A stretch of 64,000 nt of DNA from Sedimentisphaerales bacterium (GTDB lineage Bacteria; Planctomycetota; Phycisphaerae; Sedimentisphaerales; SM23-30): assembly GCA_963666285.1 (NCBI GenBank), contig OY762711.1. One strand, 5' to 3'. Both the position numbers and the translations under genes were made by a program. Shown in pieces: positions 29,001 through 38,169 of this stretch (positions are counted from its first letter, which is position 1; every line of letters begins with the position of its first letter). The notes under the pieces were generated by a model. That model ran no database searches, was not told the origin of the DNA, and saw only the letters and a program-made list of their open reading frames with translations.

Positions 29001-30650
29001 GGCTCAGTTTCGGGGAGTAATAATCTCGGCGGACTTTGCGGATCAAATTCTAGAGGCAAAATCTCCAACTGTTATGCCGCCGGAGCGGTTTCTGGAGGTA
29101 GTTGTGTTGGTGGACTCTGCGGGTATCAATTTTATGGCAGTATAACCTCCTGCTATGCCACTGGCTCGGTTTTAGGTGAGTCTTCTCTCGGCGGACTTAG
29201 CGGATCTAATTCTTGTGGCACTATCTCCAACTGCTATTCTACAGGTTCAGTTTCTGGAGGTACTAATTCTGATTATCTCGGCGGACTCTGCGGGTATCAA
29301 AATTCTGGCACTATCTCCAACTGCTATTTTTACGTATTTAGCGGACCGGATAATGGTTATGGCATATCCATTGATGATACCCAACTCCAGGATATAAACA
29401 GTTTTTATGGATTTGATTTTGCCGGTAATTCCTCTGATGGTACTGAAGATACCTGGATAATTGATCCCGGCTATATGCCCAGGTTAAATTGGCAGGATTC
29501 TCCAGGGCAGACTCCTCCATATAAGCTTGATATGATTTCTACATCTCTGGTAGGTACCGGTTACTCAGACGATCCGTTTATTATCGCCGGTTATGATGAT
29601 CTGATGGAGTTCCGTAAAAATTCTTCTCTTCGTATTGGTTTTTATCGTCTGGATGATAATATTGATTTGGCCGGAACAACTTGGTCTGGGGCATTTATCC
29701 CTGAACAGTTCTTAGGTGTTTTTGATGGTAACGGCCATACTATATCAAATCTGTCAATTACTGGCAGTAATTACTTGGGACTGTTTAGTTACCTTTACGG
29801 TTCTGTCGATGATTTGGATCTGCAAAATATATCTATTGTTGGTACAGGATCTTATCTCGGCGGGCTGTGTGGTTATAATAATTCTTGCACTATCTCCAAT
29901 TGCTATGTCACCGGCTCAGTTTCTGGCGATGATATACTCGGCGGTCTCTGCGGAAATAATTATTATGGTACTATCTCCAACTGCTATGTCGCCGGTTCTG
30001 TGTCAGGTGATGATTTTCTCGGCGGTCTCTGCGGATATAATAATAATGGTACCATAACCAACTGCTATGCCACCGGCTCTGTGTCAGGTGATGATTCTTA
30101 TTCTCTCGGCGGACTCTGCGGATATAATAATAATGGTACCATAACCAACTGCTATGCCACCGGCTCTTTTTATGGTGATAGATATCTCGGCGGACTCTGC
30201 GGAAACAATAATTATGGCACTATCTCCAACTGCTATGCCACCGGCTCTGTTTATGGTGATAGATATCTCGGCGGCTTGTGTGGTTATAAATATTTCGGCA
30301 GTATCAGTAGTTGTTTCTGGGATGTTGAAACATCAGGAATCGGTAATAGTGGAGATGATAACTATGGAGCTATCGGCAAAACCACTGCCCAAATGCAAGA
30401 TATCAACACTTACCTCAATGCCGACTGGGACTTCGTCTCTGAATTCGCCAACGGTACAGAAGATCATTGGCATATGCCGTACAACGCAACCGGGTATCCA
30501 ATGCTATCTTGGCAAAAGGACATCCCCGGCGACCTCACCGGCTCTTATGGTGTCGATATCACAGACTTTGCGGCTTTATCAAACGCTTGGCTCGATGGCT
30601 ATGATATCTCAGACCTCCAAACCCTCGCCCAATATTGGCTCGAACAATAA
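26022..30650 (+). CDS. Secreted GLUG-repeat protein (4 modules) with a PASTA domain and a dockerin-like C-terminus
   Basis: Four GxGxxxxPxxI-type module starts, many (V/L)GGLCGxN repeats, VPDVTGMTQTEA (PASTA), C-terminal GDLTGSYGVDITDF...WL. Confidence 0.85.
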   Translation: MKKSGLFIVFLCLCLSAILNAANGIIPGTGTETEPYLIEDLADFDYLVANFSDYNSGQYIRLETDIDLSGRIYTNYVIYSITSIFDGHGHTISNPTINTDGSVTDIGFAGRIDDWFNGFYPGFRNLNLQNVTVNGNNNSENVGGLCGLIWYGNISNCIVTGSVNGYTNVGLLAGSNDGGTISNCSTSGTVSGFKWVGGLIGCQVGNTVGGSTFASCSSANVSGSINVGGFVGQNDSGYIVNSYASGNVTGINSSAGLYCIGGFCGYNGGRIGYSYSSGLVSVYSSAAQSIGGFCGYSQITPVDPIYSCFWDTDTSATTYPGDNITGATGMPTDDMTISAPFVNAGWSFADGPTYDGNYPWLMVDYPRLAWENLDIEFVLVPDVTGMTQTEAEQAIENAGFIFGSVSYAYSNTIAEGLIVSQTPQGGALSTVGMTITIVISKGKLLGGGDGSEANPYLIENINDFYEYCSSSYYWRRGAYTRLECDLDLSEAGTYNRAPIAFDTDTDSRFDGTSYAGNFDGNGHIISNLSVNSFHYCGLFGKVISGGSISNLGLEKTSVSGSYYVAGLVGYNDHGSLYNCHCMGDVIGESNVGGLVGYSYFGGIDSCYLAGEVRGSGTDIGGLVGSNWSGNITNCYSDGIVTGESKYVGGIVGENRNGEITNCYSTGTVSGSSVVGGLVGTNYSGSIASSYSASMVRSVTDNVGGCVGINIGGSVVDCYYYVFNGGDNGIGIALSDEELTKTNSFAGFDFVGNDADGTEDIWDITPGYMPRLFWQSAPGCKTHLSSIQTTLDGTGYSVDPFLIGNYSDLQEFRDNKSLRIGNYKLTADIDLSGVTYTEAFVPDIFNGTFDGDGHAISHLTISGGPTLGFFSQLNGSIDGLGLDEINIIGSYSVGGLCGMNYGGINKCCVTGTITGSGGLVGGLCGENDNGSISNCYFIGTVNGSGNSVGGLCGYNYYGTISNCYAAGTVNGSGNSVGGLCGYNYSGSITESYATGSVSGSNNLGGLCGSNSRGKISNCYAAGAVSGGSCVGGLCGYQFYGSITSCYATGSVLGESSLGGLSGSNSCGTISNCYSTGSVSGGTNSDYLGGLCGYQNSGTISNCYFYVFSGPDNGYGISIDDTQLQDINSFYGFDFAGNSSDGTEDTWIIDPGYMPRLNWQDSPGQTPPYKLDMISTSLVGTGYSDDPFIIAGYDDLMEFRKNSSLRIGFYRLDDNIDLAGTTWSGAFIPEQFLGVFDGNGHTISNLSITGSNYLGLFSYLYGSVDDLDLQNISIVGTGSYLGGLCGYNNSCTISNCYVTGSVSGDDILGGLCGNNYYGTISNCYVAGSVSGDDFLGGLCGYNNNGTITNCYATGSVSGDDSYSLGGLCGYNNNGTITNCYATGSFYGDRYLGGLCGNNNYGTISNCYATGSVYGDRYLGGLCGYKYFGSISSCFWDVETSGIGNSGDDNYGAIGKTTAQMQDINTYLNADWDFVSEFANGTEDHWHMPYNATGYPMLSWQKDIPGDLTGSYGVDITDFAALSNAWLDGYDISDLQTLAQYWLEQ

Positions 30651-30695
30651 CCGTTCGCTGACCGCTGGCCACTGATAGCTCGATGCTGTTTCCCT

Positions 30696-30747
30696 GTTTT
30701 ACTATCATCTGTTCCAATTTTAAATCATCCTCGCCGCCAGGCGATTC
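30696..30747. repeat. REP-like repeat module shared with the 52970-53170 region
   Basis: CCTGTTTTACTATCATCTGTTCCAATTTTAAA also occurs near 52972; ATCATCCTCGCC(G/A)CCAGGCGA also occurs at 53149. Confidence 0.75.
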
Positions 30748-32157
30748 CTAAATTACGCCTACCCGGATATCTTCCGGTAGATTCTCGACCATTGTCCTGC
30801 CAAAATAGTCTGCCGGGCATAATCCGGCATACCCTCGGCATAAAGGAGGCATAGCTTTGTACCAGTTGCCGGTTTTCCTGCCCGGCTCTGGAATATCTGC
30901 TCCTGCCAGCACCTGGAATCGGTCATCAATTCCAACCTTATCTTCCGGTTTAATACCTGGATAACCTTCCATATTCGATTGGCCGAAACATAAGAAAATA
31001 TAAAATCTGGGATCAGGCTTTGCATTTGTATTTGCTTTCTGTTCTGTTTTATTTTTCTCTGCTGTTCTGATCACAGCGTCGAAAGCCTGTTTTGGCTGAT
31101 AGTTACCATCAAAAAGCAGGGGAGAGCCGCCTATCCAGGACGTTTTATCATATACTCCCCAGAAAGTTACACGTGGGATAACGTCTCTGTGTTTTAATAA
31201 TACAGTGAATATTTCAGCATACTTATCAGCCAGTTTCTTCTGGGTTTCCGCCGCTATTGCCTCCGGATCATCTGAATTCTGACGTCTTACCTGACTGATA
31301 TCTGCTCCCTGGTATCCAAATGCTTTCGTTCGTATATCCAGCTCCGTTATCATTACCTTAACTTCGGTCTTAGCTAAGTTAGTAATGGCATATTCCAGAT
31401 CCTTAACATCGGGATAACCCAGCCCGCCGTGCAGCTGCATACCAACTCCATCGATACGAAGCCCTTTGGATTGCAGGTATTTCACTATTTCAACAGCACC
31501 GTCACATTTAGCATTTTTTGCACTCAGGTTGTAATCGTTATAGTATAATTCCGCTTCCGGATCGGCCTCGTGAGCATATTCGAACGCCTTGGCGATGTGG
31601 TCATATTTCTGCTCCGGATTACCTTCACTTATAATCCTGTACCAAAGGGTATCCCGTATTGTACCGTCATCATTTAACGCCTCGTTTACAACATCCCAGC
31701 CTTTGACACGGCCTTTATATCTACCGACTACCGTATGGATATGATCTCGCATCCTCGCCAGTAGTTCTTTCCGGGTTAATACAGCTCCTTCATCATTCTT
31801 AAATACCCAGTCAGGTACCTGGCTATGCCATACCAGGCAATGTCCTATAGGTGCCATCTCTTTTTTCTCGCAGAATTCCATAAAACTATCCGCCGGTCCC
31901 CAGTTGTACTTTCCCGGTCGCGGATGAATACTGGACCATTTCATATCGTTCTCGGAAGTTGCTGTATTCAAATGTCTGGCGGCAATTTCCGCGGCTCCCG
32001 GGTCTTTGCCGGTTACCAGCTTGCCGTTAAATGCACCGCCGATCATAAACGAATCCTTAAAAATATCTTTCAATGCAGGTTTATCGTCAGCATAGCTCAA
32101 ACTGGTAATCAGCAGAACTATGAACACTGCTGGCATTAAATATATTTTACTTTTCAT
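30748..32157 (-). CDS. GH10 endo-1,4-beta-xylanase fused to a truncated SASA/CE6-like esterase domain
   Basis: ENDMKW, GHCLVWHSQ, WDVVNE, YNDYN, ITELD (GH10); then FYIFLCFGQSNMEG...PADYFGRTM...IRVGVI-stop. Confidence 0.88.
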   Translation of the reverse strand: MKSKIYLMPAVFIVLLITSLSYADDKPALKDIFKDSFMIGGAFNGKLVTGKDPGAAEIAARHLNTATSENDMKWSSIHPRPGKYNWGPADSFMEFCEKKEMAPIGHCLVWHSQVPDWVFKNDEGAVLTRKELLARMRDHIHTVVGRYKGRVKGWDVVNEALNDDGTIRDTLWYRIISEGNPEQKYDHIAKAFEYAHEADPEAELYYNDYNLSAKNAKCDGAVEIVKYLQSKGLRIDGVGMQLHGGLGYPDVKDLEYAITNLAKTEVKVMITELDIRTKAFGYQGADISQVRRQNSDDPEAIAAETQKKLADKYAEIFTVLLKHRDVIPRVTFWGVYDKTSWIGGSPLLFDGNYQPKQAFDAVIRTAEKNKTEQKANTNAKPDPRFYIFLCFGQSNMEGYPGIKPEDKVGIDDRFQVLAGADIPEPGRKTGNWYKAMPPLCRGYAGLCPADYFGRTMVENLPEDIRVGVI

Positions 32158-32160
32158 AAT

Positions 32161-33402
32161 TTACTCCTGGTTCTCAAACCACGTTAGAGCTATTGCTTCC
32201 GCCATCAATCGATATCCTTCATCACTCAGGTGCAGATGATCGCCCGAATCCGCTATCGGCAGCAATTTTGCCGGGTTTTCCGGGTCACGTACTACGGCAT
32301 CCCAATCGATAACTTTATCAAATTCACCGCTGGTTCTTATCCATTTATTAATCTTCAGCCGTTTTGCCTCTAATGTTTCTTGATAATAAAACGATTCTCC
32401 GCACGGCAGAATTGTAGAGCCGATCACTTTCATACCGCATGATTTACATCGGTATATTATCTGCTTGTAACTGGTAATAATATCTTCTGCCGATGTCTGG
32501 CCGCCGCCCAGGTCATTAATCCCTTCCAGTATAATAACCCATTTCGCTCCCGGTTGAGACAGTACATCTCTATCCATACGCTGCATAACAGGCTGGCCGA
32601 TTCCCCCGTATATCAGGCAGTTACCGCCTATTCCCTGGTTCAAAATACCAATTCCTTTTGTCCCTTCATTTGCCTGTAGTCTTCTTGCCAGGTAATCTGG
32701 CCAGCGACAATTATCTCCTTCCGTCGAACCTTTACCATCGGTTATTGAATCGCCCAGGCATACGATTGAGGCATTCGAATCTTCTGTCAGTATGTCAACT
32801 CCGCTTAGAAAGTACCAGCATTTGTTTGCTGCAGCTGATTCTAATCTTTCATTTTTAGCGGCATTACCGGATTGTATATATACAACTTCACCTCTTGCAC
32901 TGCGATGTCCGGATATTTTACTTGGCGATTTGCTAACGTATATTGTTATTACCAGGTCCGAGCCTGGTTTCAAAGCGAATTCTATCGGATCTGAAACCAT
33001 AATCGTTCCGTAAGGAATTGTTGCATTTGTTTTGCCGCTAAATGTTAATTGTTTCAATGAACCGGGTACTATTGAACTGCCGCCTGCTGAAACTGCGATA
33101 TAAGCTTCTCCTGTCTCCAGGTTATCCCGCCAATCTGCAAATGCATTCGAAAATCGAATAGAGATTGTATTTCCTCCGCAAGAAACTCGTACTACCTGGC
33201 GTATAGTTCTGTTGTCCAGTTTCTGGTGTTCTTCCGGCATAAGCTTCGGTTCAACAGTCTGCACTGAAGTGGCCCAGGTCCCAATCCAGTGTTTCTGATT
33301 ACCTGGATTTACTGCATTTTGTGAAATACAGTTTCCACAGACTGTCAGGCATAAAATTATAACCATATTGACTATAAATATATGCAAACGAGCTATAGAC
33401 AT
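32161..33402 (-). CDS. SGNH/GDSL hydrolase (putative carbohydrate esterase)
   Basis: GDSITDG, NQGIGGN, EGINDL, DHLH. Confidence 0.9.
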   Translation of the reverse strand: MSIARLHIFIVNMVIILCLTVCGNCISQNAVNPGNQKHWIGTWATSVQTVEPKLMPEEHQKLDNRTIRQVVRVSCGGNTISIRFSNAFADWRDNLETGEAYIAVSAGGSSIVPGSLKQLTFSGKTNATIPYGTIMVSDPIEFALKPGSDLVITIYVSKSPSKISGHRSARGEVVYIQSGNAAKNERLESAAANKCWYFLSGVDILTEDSNASIVCLGDSITDGKGSTEGDNCRWPDYLARRLQANEGTKGIGILNQGIGGNCLIYGGIGQPVMQRMDRDVLSQPGAKWVIILEGINDLGGGQTSAEDIITSYKQIIYRCKSCGMKVIGSTILPCGESFYYQETLEAKRLKINKWIRTSGEFDKVIDWDAVVRDPENPAKLLPIADSGDHLHLSDEGYRLMAEAIALTWFENQE

Positions 33403-33700
33403 ATTTTCCTCTTAATTGGCTGCATAATATTATCTATAAAAATGTTATATCAAATCCTAAATGAATGGTATTTGGCAATAATAACAAATAATTGTGTGAT
33501 ATTGACTTATAAAGGCATTATTTAAGGAATGGCACGGAAAATTTTCTGGAATCAAAAATATGCTGTCAACCGGTATCGAACCAATCAACAGCATATTCTG
33601 AATATAATCTTTTGTTTGAAAATGTCAATATTTGACTTTTGAATTATTCAAAATGTTCAATTTAACAATTTATATTGCTGTAAAAAAATCTGTTATAAGA

Positions 33701-33719
33701 AGTCTGCCGCTTTACGGCT
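33701..33719. repeat. 19-nt REP-like motif AGTCTGCCG(C/A)TTT(A/G)CGGC(T/A); other copies at 36610-36628 and 44702-44720
   Basis: Three near-identical intergenic copies with a GCCG/CGGC mini-hairpin. Confidence 0.65.
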
Positions 33720-33756
33720 TTCAAGCTGATCGATGGTCAGTTTGAGTTTAAGTTTC

Positions 33757-36513
33757 CTATTGTAATTTAACTATGGTAGTCTGGCCAGACAAAGGAATCA
33801 GGCATGCGTTGCGCTCCAGGTTATATTCTTTTACTGGTGCAATCTTTCCTATCCCCGCTATTTTAGCAGGCTGTTCGATTCGCAAACGAGCTGTTTTAAG
33901 AGTGTCTGTTGCCGGATCAAGTTCAACTAGTATGCTGTTATCACTGATATTTATCGATAGCGACTTGAACTTTCCGCTGTCCAGAGTCAGCCATAGACCA
34001 AGCGGTGCTAAATAGCATCTCTGCCTGAACGAATCTAACGGCACAATCTTTATCATACCGCCTTGTATTGATACATTGCCGCCAAATGCATGCCAGCCAA
34101 ATTCCGGATGATTGATAACATATGTACCGGTATTCCAGGTATGACCGAACATATTACAGCCGAAATCGCCCGTTGTCGCGTCTTCTCGCAAAGTATTTGG
34201 CCATGCGTGAAATGCGGCCGCGGCAAAGCCTTCCCGGTCGATATTTGTTAATGTTCCCATCGCTCCGCCATAACCGACTCTCAGCAGGTGATAGTCATTT
34301 GGCCTTTCCCGGTAAGCTTGCAATACCGGTATTGCATTCAAACTTGAGCCGTAATGATGTATCTGGCGTTCGATTCGTGAGGTCGGACCTGGTGCAGCTC
34401 CATAAATGAAGTCCCAGTATCGGCGGGCATTGCCGTTATAGCCCCAATGCGGTACTTTTGGCATATATCCCAAAATTGCATTCAGCGTTACCTCGGCCTT
34501 ATCCTCATAACCAAAATATTTACACCATCCATAAACCTCTTCCTGGCCGGTTGAGTCCCATGCCATCTCGCTGCCGAATGGATAGTTCAATTCCCGCCAG
34601 TGCTGTGCCCGTTCTTTCATCACATTTTCCATCTTCTCTGCCTTTTCCGTCCAGCCTTCTTCCTTAAGGTCTTTCAAAATCTGGATAAATATACTTCCTT
34701 CCATCAATCCGAACTGGAAGTAATGGTGACCGAACTTTGGCATCGCCATTGCCGTACCGTATGCATTTTCCAGGTACCATTCCCACGGTTGATTTGTTAC
34801 CAGTCCGTCATAATGACGTGCCAGGCGGTAAAATACCCAGTGCGACAAAGCTACATGCGGATAATTATATGTACGGCCCAGGCTGTATGCCTGTTCCTTA
34901 TTCCAGCTCATCCAGCCGCCATAGTGTATTTCAGGGCTGTATGTACCTTCCGGCATTGTTTCTGGCTCATAATACAGCAGGCTCTTTCTTACCCCGTATT
35001 TCTGATCGCCTTCGCTTACCTGCAGGTGGCCCCACAGACATTCATCCATAAATCGCTGGAGTTTCTGCAGCTCTTCCTTATCGGGCTGGCCCAGCTGCTT
35101 CATTATCGCAGAGACATAGCCGCCGGTACCGCCTTCATCGCCCAGCCCGGCATGCCAGACACGGTTATCTTCTAATACAAGTTCATTTTTCTCGCGATTA
35201 TAGTTCATCACCGCTGGCGAACGGCCAAATGGATCGTTCGGATTATCATACCATTGGGTTGTGGTCATAAAATGACCCATATCTTTTAGTACCTGCTCTG
35301 CCGGCTTGATTACCCGGTAATGTATCGCCTGTTTCAGACCATCACCATAAGTGATCTCCAACCGTGCCCGGCCCCATTTTTTGCCTTCTACCGTTAGCTG
35401 CTGCCAGCCGCCGGCGGTATTTGCTTCTTGGCTAACTTCTAATGCTCCTTCTGGCACGACATTTAGCGATTTCAACTGGATACCGTATTTCAGGTATAAT
35501 GTGCCCTTGATATCTGTAGGCAGTATCATTCCCGGCATACCAACTGCAACTGGCCTGTCATTTGCTGTCAGGGTTGCTTCTATATCGCGTATTTCTGGTG
35601 CTAGTAATAATTTCAAACCGTAAATCCGGCTTTCGCCAGGCTTCAATACAGCACTTGTCGGTGCGTTCCATGGCCTGGCTTCTTTCCAGTCGGTTTCTGC
35701 CAGTGCTTTTGTATGCGGCATCCATTCGTAAAAACCTTCAAATGTTTGGCTAAGACGGGTTCGCTCGTCGAGCAGGGGATTATATCCTTCCAGCGGTGTC
35801 TCGCCTTCTGGAACTACCACCAGTGCAGGACCATGGCCGCTCAATCGCGTTACCTGAACAAATCCGCCGTCCAGCCCGATTGCAGGGTCTGTAAATGAAC
35901 ACACTGCATGCGCCTCATCCAGCGACCGCCTTGTTATGTAATTGTTAAAGATCAGCGGCATACCCAGCCCGCCGATTTCCACTGCTTCGTTGCTCTTATT
36001 GGTAACTGTAAAAGTTAATATCAGTTTACCTTTATCTTCTGACCATGTTCGTACTATCTGCAGCGGGCAGTCTTCCGGCAGGGTAGCTCCAAGATCCGCC
36101 GCCGCCAGGTCAGGTTTTGATACGGGTAATGCCTTTACCGGCTTACGATTTGCTGCCGTTGACAGCTCTGTCCATTCTGTATCATTGCCGCATCGTATCC
36201 GCAGATTAATATCGCCTAGATGGTAGAACCGGTTACCGACTCGTCTTTCCAGCTGGTCAGCCGGCGTAAAGTCAAATCCTTCGCCGCCTTTCGGCTCCAG
36301 CCCGGCAGCTGTTTGTGAGGCCTTTACCAGTTTTAGTGTAAAATCTGATGCGGCGTATTCTTCTATACCCTGGTCCAGTCCCAGGGTTGGAGTAATTGGT
36401 CGGCGGTTGCCCCAGCCTTGCCCGTTTACCCCGGCTATAGGAACCAACAAAACCGTTAACAGTAATACCATACATGTTCGTCGAGATTGATTAATCATCT
36501 TTGTGAATTTCAT
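33757..36513 (-). CDS. DUF5695-family secreted protein (putative glycoside hydrolase)
   Basis: RTYNYPHV, SEMAWDSTGQEEVY, WGYNGNARRYWDF, ERQIHHYGS. Start moved to ATG 36513 because of an AGGAGAG RBS and a signal peptide. Confidence 0.75.
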   Translation of the reverse strand: MKFTKMINQSRRTCMVLLLTVLLVPIAGVNGQGWGNRRPITPTLGLDQGIEEYAASDFTLKLVKASQTAAGLEPKGGEGFDFTPADQLERRVGNRFYHLGDINLRIRCGNDTEWTELSTAANRKPVKALPVSKPDLAAADLGATLPEDCPLQIVRTWSEDKGKLILTFTVTNKSNEAVEIGGLGMPLIFNNYITRRSLDEAHAVCSFTDPAIGLDGGFVQVTRLSGHGPALVVVPEGETPLEGYNPLLDERTRLSQTFEGFYEWMPHTKALAETDWKEARPWNAPTSAVLKPGESRIYGLKLLLAPEIRDIEATLTANDRPVAVGMPGMILPTDIKGTLYLKYGIQLKSLNVVPEGALEVSQEANTAGGWQQLTVEGKKWGRARLEITYGDGLKQAIHYRVIKPAEQVLKDMGHFMTTTQWYDNPNDPFGRSPAVMNYNREKNELVLEDNRVWHAGLGDEGGTGGYVSAIMKQLGQPDKEELQKLQRFMDECLWGHLQVSEGDQKYGVRKSLLYYEPETMPEGTYSPEIHYGGWMSWNKEQAYSLGRTYNYPHVALSHWVFYRLARHYDGLVTNQPWEWYLENAYGTAMAMPKFGHHYFQFGLMEGSIFIQILKDLKEEGWTEKAEKMENVMKERAQHWRELNYPFGSEMAWDSTGQEEVYGWCKYFGYEDKAEVTLNAILGYMPKVPHWGYNGNARRYWDFIYGAAPGPTSRIERQIHHYGSSLNAIPVLQAYRERPNDYHLLRVGYGGAMGTLTNIDREGFAAAAFHAWPNTLREDATTGDFGCNMFGHTWNTGTYVINHPEFGWHAFGGNVSIQGGMIKIVPLDSFRQRCYLAPLGLWLTLDSGKFKSLSINISDNSILVELDPATDTLKTARLRIEQPAKIAGIGKIAPVKEYNLERNACLIPLSGQTTIVKLQ

Positions 36514-36629
36514 TTGCACTCTCCTATACATTCTATTTAGTACAAAATATAAACTGTTTGACACATTTTCTTTTGCTCTAACACATTGTAATATATTTGT
36601 TACATATATAGTCTGCCGCTTTGCGGCTA

Positions 36630-38039
36630 TCAGTTTGCCGGCTCCGGTCTCAGCTCAGAATCTTCTTTTTTCACCGGCTTCATAAATGGCAGCAGTCCTA
36701 TACATACCAGTCCAAACAGGGCATCTATCAATAGTGTTGCTGGATATCCATAGTGGTCAATTGCATAGCCTTGCCAGCGTGCTGTGTAAATTATCGTAAG
36801 GTTCAACAGTGACATATATGCCGTAAATTGAGTGCCTGCTACTTTCGGACAACATACATCCATGAATAGTGCATTTCTGGCTCCATACATCAAACCGTTA
36901 AATAGCGAAAATACTATACTGGCTATCCAGAACGCTGCTATCAAGCCATCCGGGGCGACCGGTCGATCTACAGCTTTAACATCAATAGGGTTGATCCAGC
37001 CGTAATGATACATCATATATGCAAAAAACAGTGTCGGCAGGGCGGTCAGGCATAAATAACCTGCCAGTGCTTTGCGCCTTCCTATTCTGTCTGATATAAA
37101 ACCTCCCAGTATGCACCCGCCGGCTGAAAATATGCCTGATACCAGGTTAACATTTCCATTCTGATTTTCATTCAGCCCGATTTCTACTGCTACATTACTC
37201 ATTAATGAGAGTGACAAAGCTAAAGCCCCGGGTGGTAGCAGTGCAAACCACACTCCAATAAAGGCTGCTTTACTACCAGTAAATGCCTTGAATGTCGTTA
37301 CTCCGAACTCCTTTACCTCATAAACCGCTGTTTTCAGTTTGCTCCCGCGCCATGCAACCTCTATAGCCGCATATTTTTCTTTCATCGGATAAGCTACCAG
37401 AAATGTTATTGCCAGGATACAGCATGATACAAATATACATGCCACTTTTAAACCCAGGTTTGTGTCATTGGTTTCTGATAGACTGTTTACATAATATATT
37501 ATTTTTAGTGAAACGGCTCCGCCTATGATTTGTCCGATATATGCTCCGCCAAACATTAAACCGTTGGCAAAACCGAGTTCTGCCTCATCTAATGTATTAC
37601 AGGCCAGTGCGTCAATTGCAATATCATTGGTTGCGCCGAATATATTATGGAAAAAAATAATTGCTGTAAACAGATTCAATACCAGGTGAAATTTATCCGG
37701 CAAAAAAGTGAATAACGCTATTTCCTGCGAAAACTTCACCGGCATGCTCGCCAATAGGCATGCGGTCATACTTACCTGCATCAGCAGTATCCAGAGCCGC
37801 CTGTGGCCGAATCGTTTCGAACTGAATAGATCAACAAACGGTGCTATCAGGAATTTGAACATCCATGGTACTGACAATGTCGCAAAAAAGGCGGCTACCT
37901 CTGTGACGCTTAGTCCTTGGCGACGCATCTGATCTATTAATACAACAGAGGTAAAACCGTATGGCAATCCTTCGGTTACATATAAAAAGAAAAACGCAGT
38001 TAAGCGGCCTTGTTTTGTCGCTAATAGATTCGGCAGCAT
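36630..38039 (-). CDS. MFS transporter, AmpG/RhtX-like
   Basis: LYVTEGLPYGF, PWMFKFLIAPFVD, DIAIDALA, GTQFTAYMSLLNL. Confidence 0.85.
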   Translation of the reverse strand: MLPNLLATKQGRLTAFFFLYVTEGLPYGFTSVVLIDQMRRQGLSVTEVAAFFATLSVPWMFKFLIAPFVDLFSSKRFGHRRLWILLMQVSMTACLLASMPVKFSQEIALFTFLPDKFHLVLNLFTAIIFFHNIFGATNDIAIDALACNTLDEAELGFANGLMFGGAYIGQIIGGAVSLKIIYYVNSLSETNDTNLGLKVACIFVSCCILAITFLVAYPMKEKYAAIEVAWRGSKLKTAVYEVKEFGVTTFKAFTGSKAAFIGVWFALLPPGALALSLSLMSNVAVEIGLNENQNGNVNLVSGIFSAGGCILGGFISDRIGRRKALAGYLCLTALPTLFFAYMMYHYGWINPIDVKAVDRPVAPDGLIAAFWIASIVFSLFNGLMYGARNALFMDVCCPKVAGTQFTAYMSLLNLTIIYTARWQGYAIDHYGYPATLLIDALFGLVCIGLLPFMKPVKKEDSELRPEPAN

Positions 38040-38169
38040 ATACTCTCCGGAACAAATTCGATTTTTGTGCTGTCATTTGAATGATTATATTGGCAATAGT
38101 TTAGAGTATTACTGCTTCGATGACAATGATAATCGAAAAGAATTGATTATATGTGCGCATTGGATAGGA

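Noticed and set aside
29860..30290. Regularly spaced repeats as a CRISPR array
   Set aside because: They are in-frame GLUG coding repeats without unique spacers, and no cas genes are present.
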